Assembly (NCBI GenBank): GCA_050011775.1
Contig: JBEKIL010000011.1
Location: 82,044 to 146,043, forward strand
DNA length: 64,000 bases
Direction of reading: 5' to 3'
Source: Bacteroidota bacterium
Lineage (GTDB): Bacteria; Bacteroidota; Ignavibacteria; UBA10030; CAVZMI01
Position numbers and translations under genes: made by a program. Each line of letters opens with the position of its first letter. The stretch's first letter is position 1. The notes beneath the pieces are model-generated. The model saw nothing but the letters and a program-made list of their open reading frames with translations. It was not told the DNA's origin and did no database searches. Positions 63,693 through 64,000 of this stretch are shown piece after piece.

Positions 63693-64000
63693 GCCAGTAC
63701 CTTCAATTCAGCTGAATAGATGATGGATGGATAATAACGGTCTCCTTATTGAAGGTACAGAATTAGGGGTCGAGAATCAACGGTTGATTATCGGTGAGAA
63801 AACCACTATATTTTTTGATACAGTACGATCAACTCGGAAAGTTATCCAGTGAACAATAATCGCCCACAAAAACATTTCAATAGCCTGATAGCTCTTCTTT
63901 TAATTCTACCTTCCATTCTCTTCGCTCAACCGTACGGCACCGCACGGGTCGGAATAAGCTCAATTCGAGTCCGTGGATTGCTGCAAAACGAGGAAGTACA

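Noticed and set aside
63877-64000. Possible 3' end of a minus-strand gene (VLPRFAAIHG...ELSGY*)
   Set aside because: Only 40 codons visible with no motif; cannot be supported from this window

Overview
Mostly core chromosome of a diderm FCB-group bacterium, probably Ignavibacteria/Chlorobi-like. This is inferred from T9SS-type C-terminal domains, a PorZ-like protein, a DUF3276/PUR protein and TTG-N20-TAYATT-type promoters. Contents in order: GT2 fused to a degenerate phosphoglycosyl-transferase domain, accA, thioesterase, an unannotated Trm112-like ORF, nadC, flippase; an AKR-like gene plus Zn-ADH; typA; a FmdB-nucleotidyltransferase-metK-ahcY-short Rho run; a peptidase/propeller/Omp85 fusion with a BamB-like lipoprotein and a PEGA protein; crp-PHP-ribH-porZ; yceD-rpmF-plsX-fabHDG-acpP-fabF-rnc-gcvPB; a single-POTRA Omp85 and rsmE; hutI-ftcD-fchA, a porin, a PP2C phosphatase, a kinase/REC-kinase/sigma54-activator cluster and hutH; a GHL10 hydrolase; REP-like palindrome clusters and a small AT-rich islet; sdhCDAB; an ECF sigma and an NtrC-type activator. 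No rRNA, tRNA, CRISPR array, transposase or prophage was seen. Strongest leads: (1) the gluzincin-propeller-Omp85 / BamB-like / PEGA operon; (2) an ECF sigma without anti-sigma that has a sigma54-type promoter and two enhancer repeats next to an NtrC-type activator; (3) a Rho homolog lacking its N-terminal domain, placed behind metK-ahcY; (4) HutI with altered active-site residues and a Ser-Ser-Gly HutH; (5) two apparent pseudo-enzymes (PGT domain, AKR). All assignments come from motif recognition by eye; no database searches were run.
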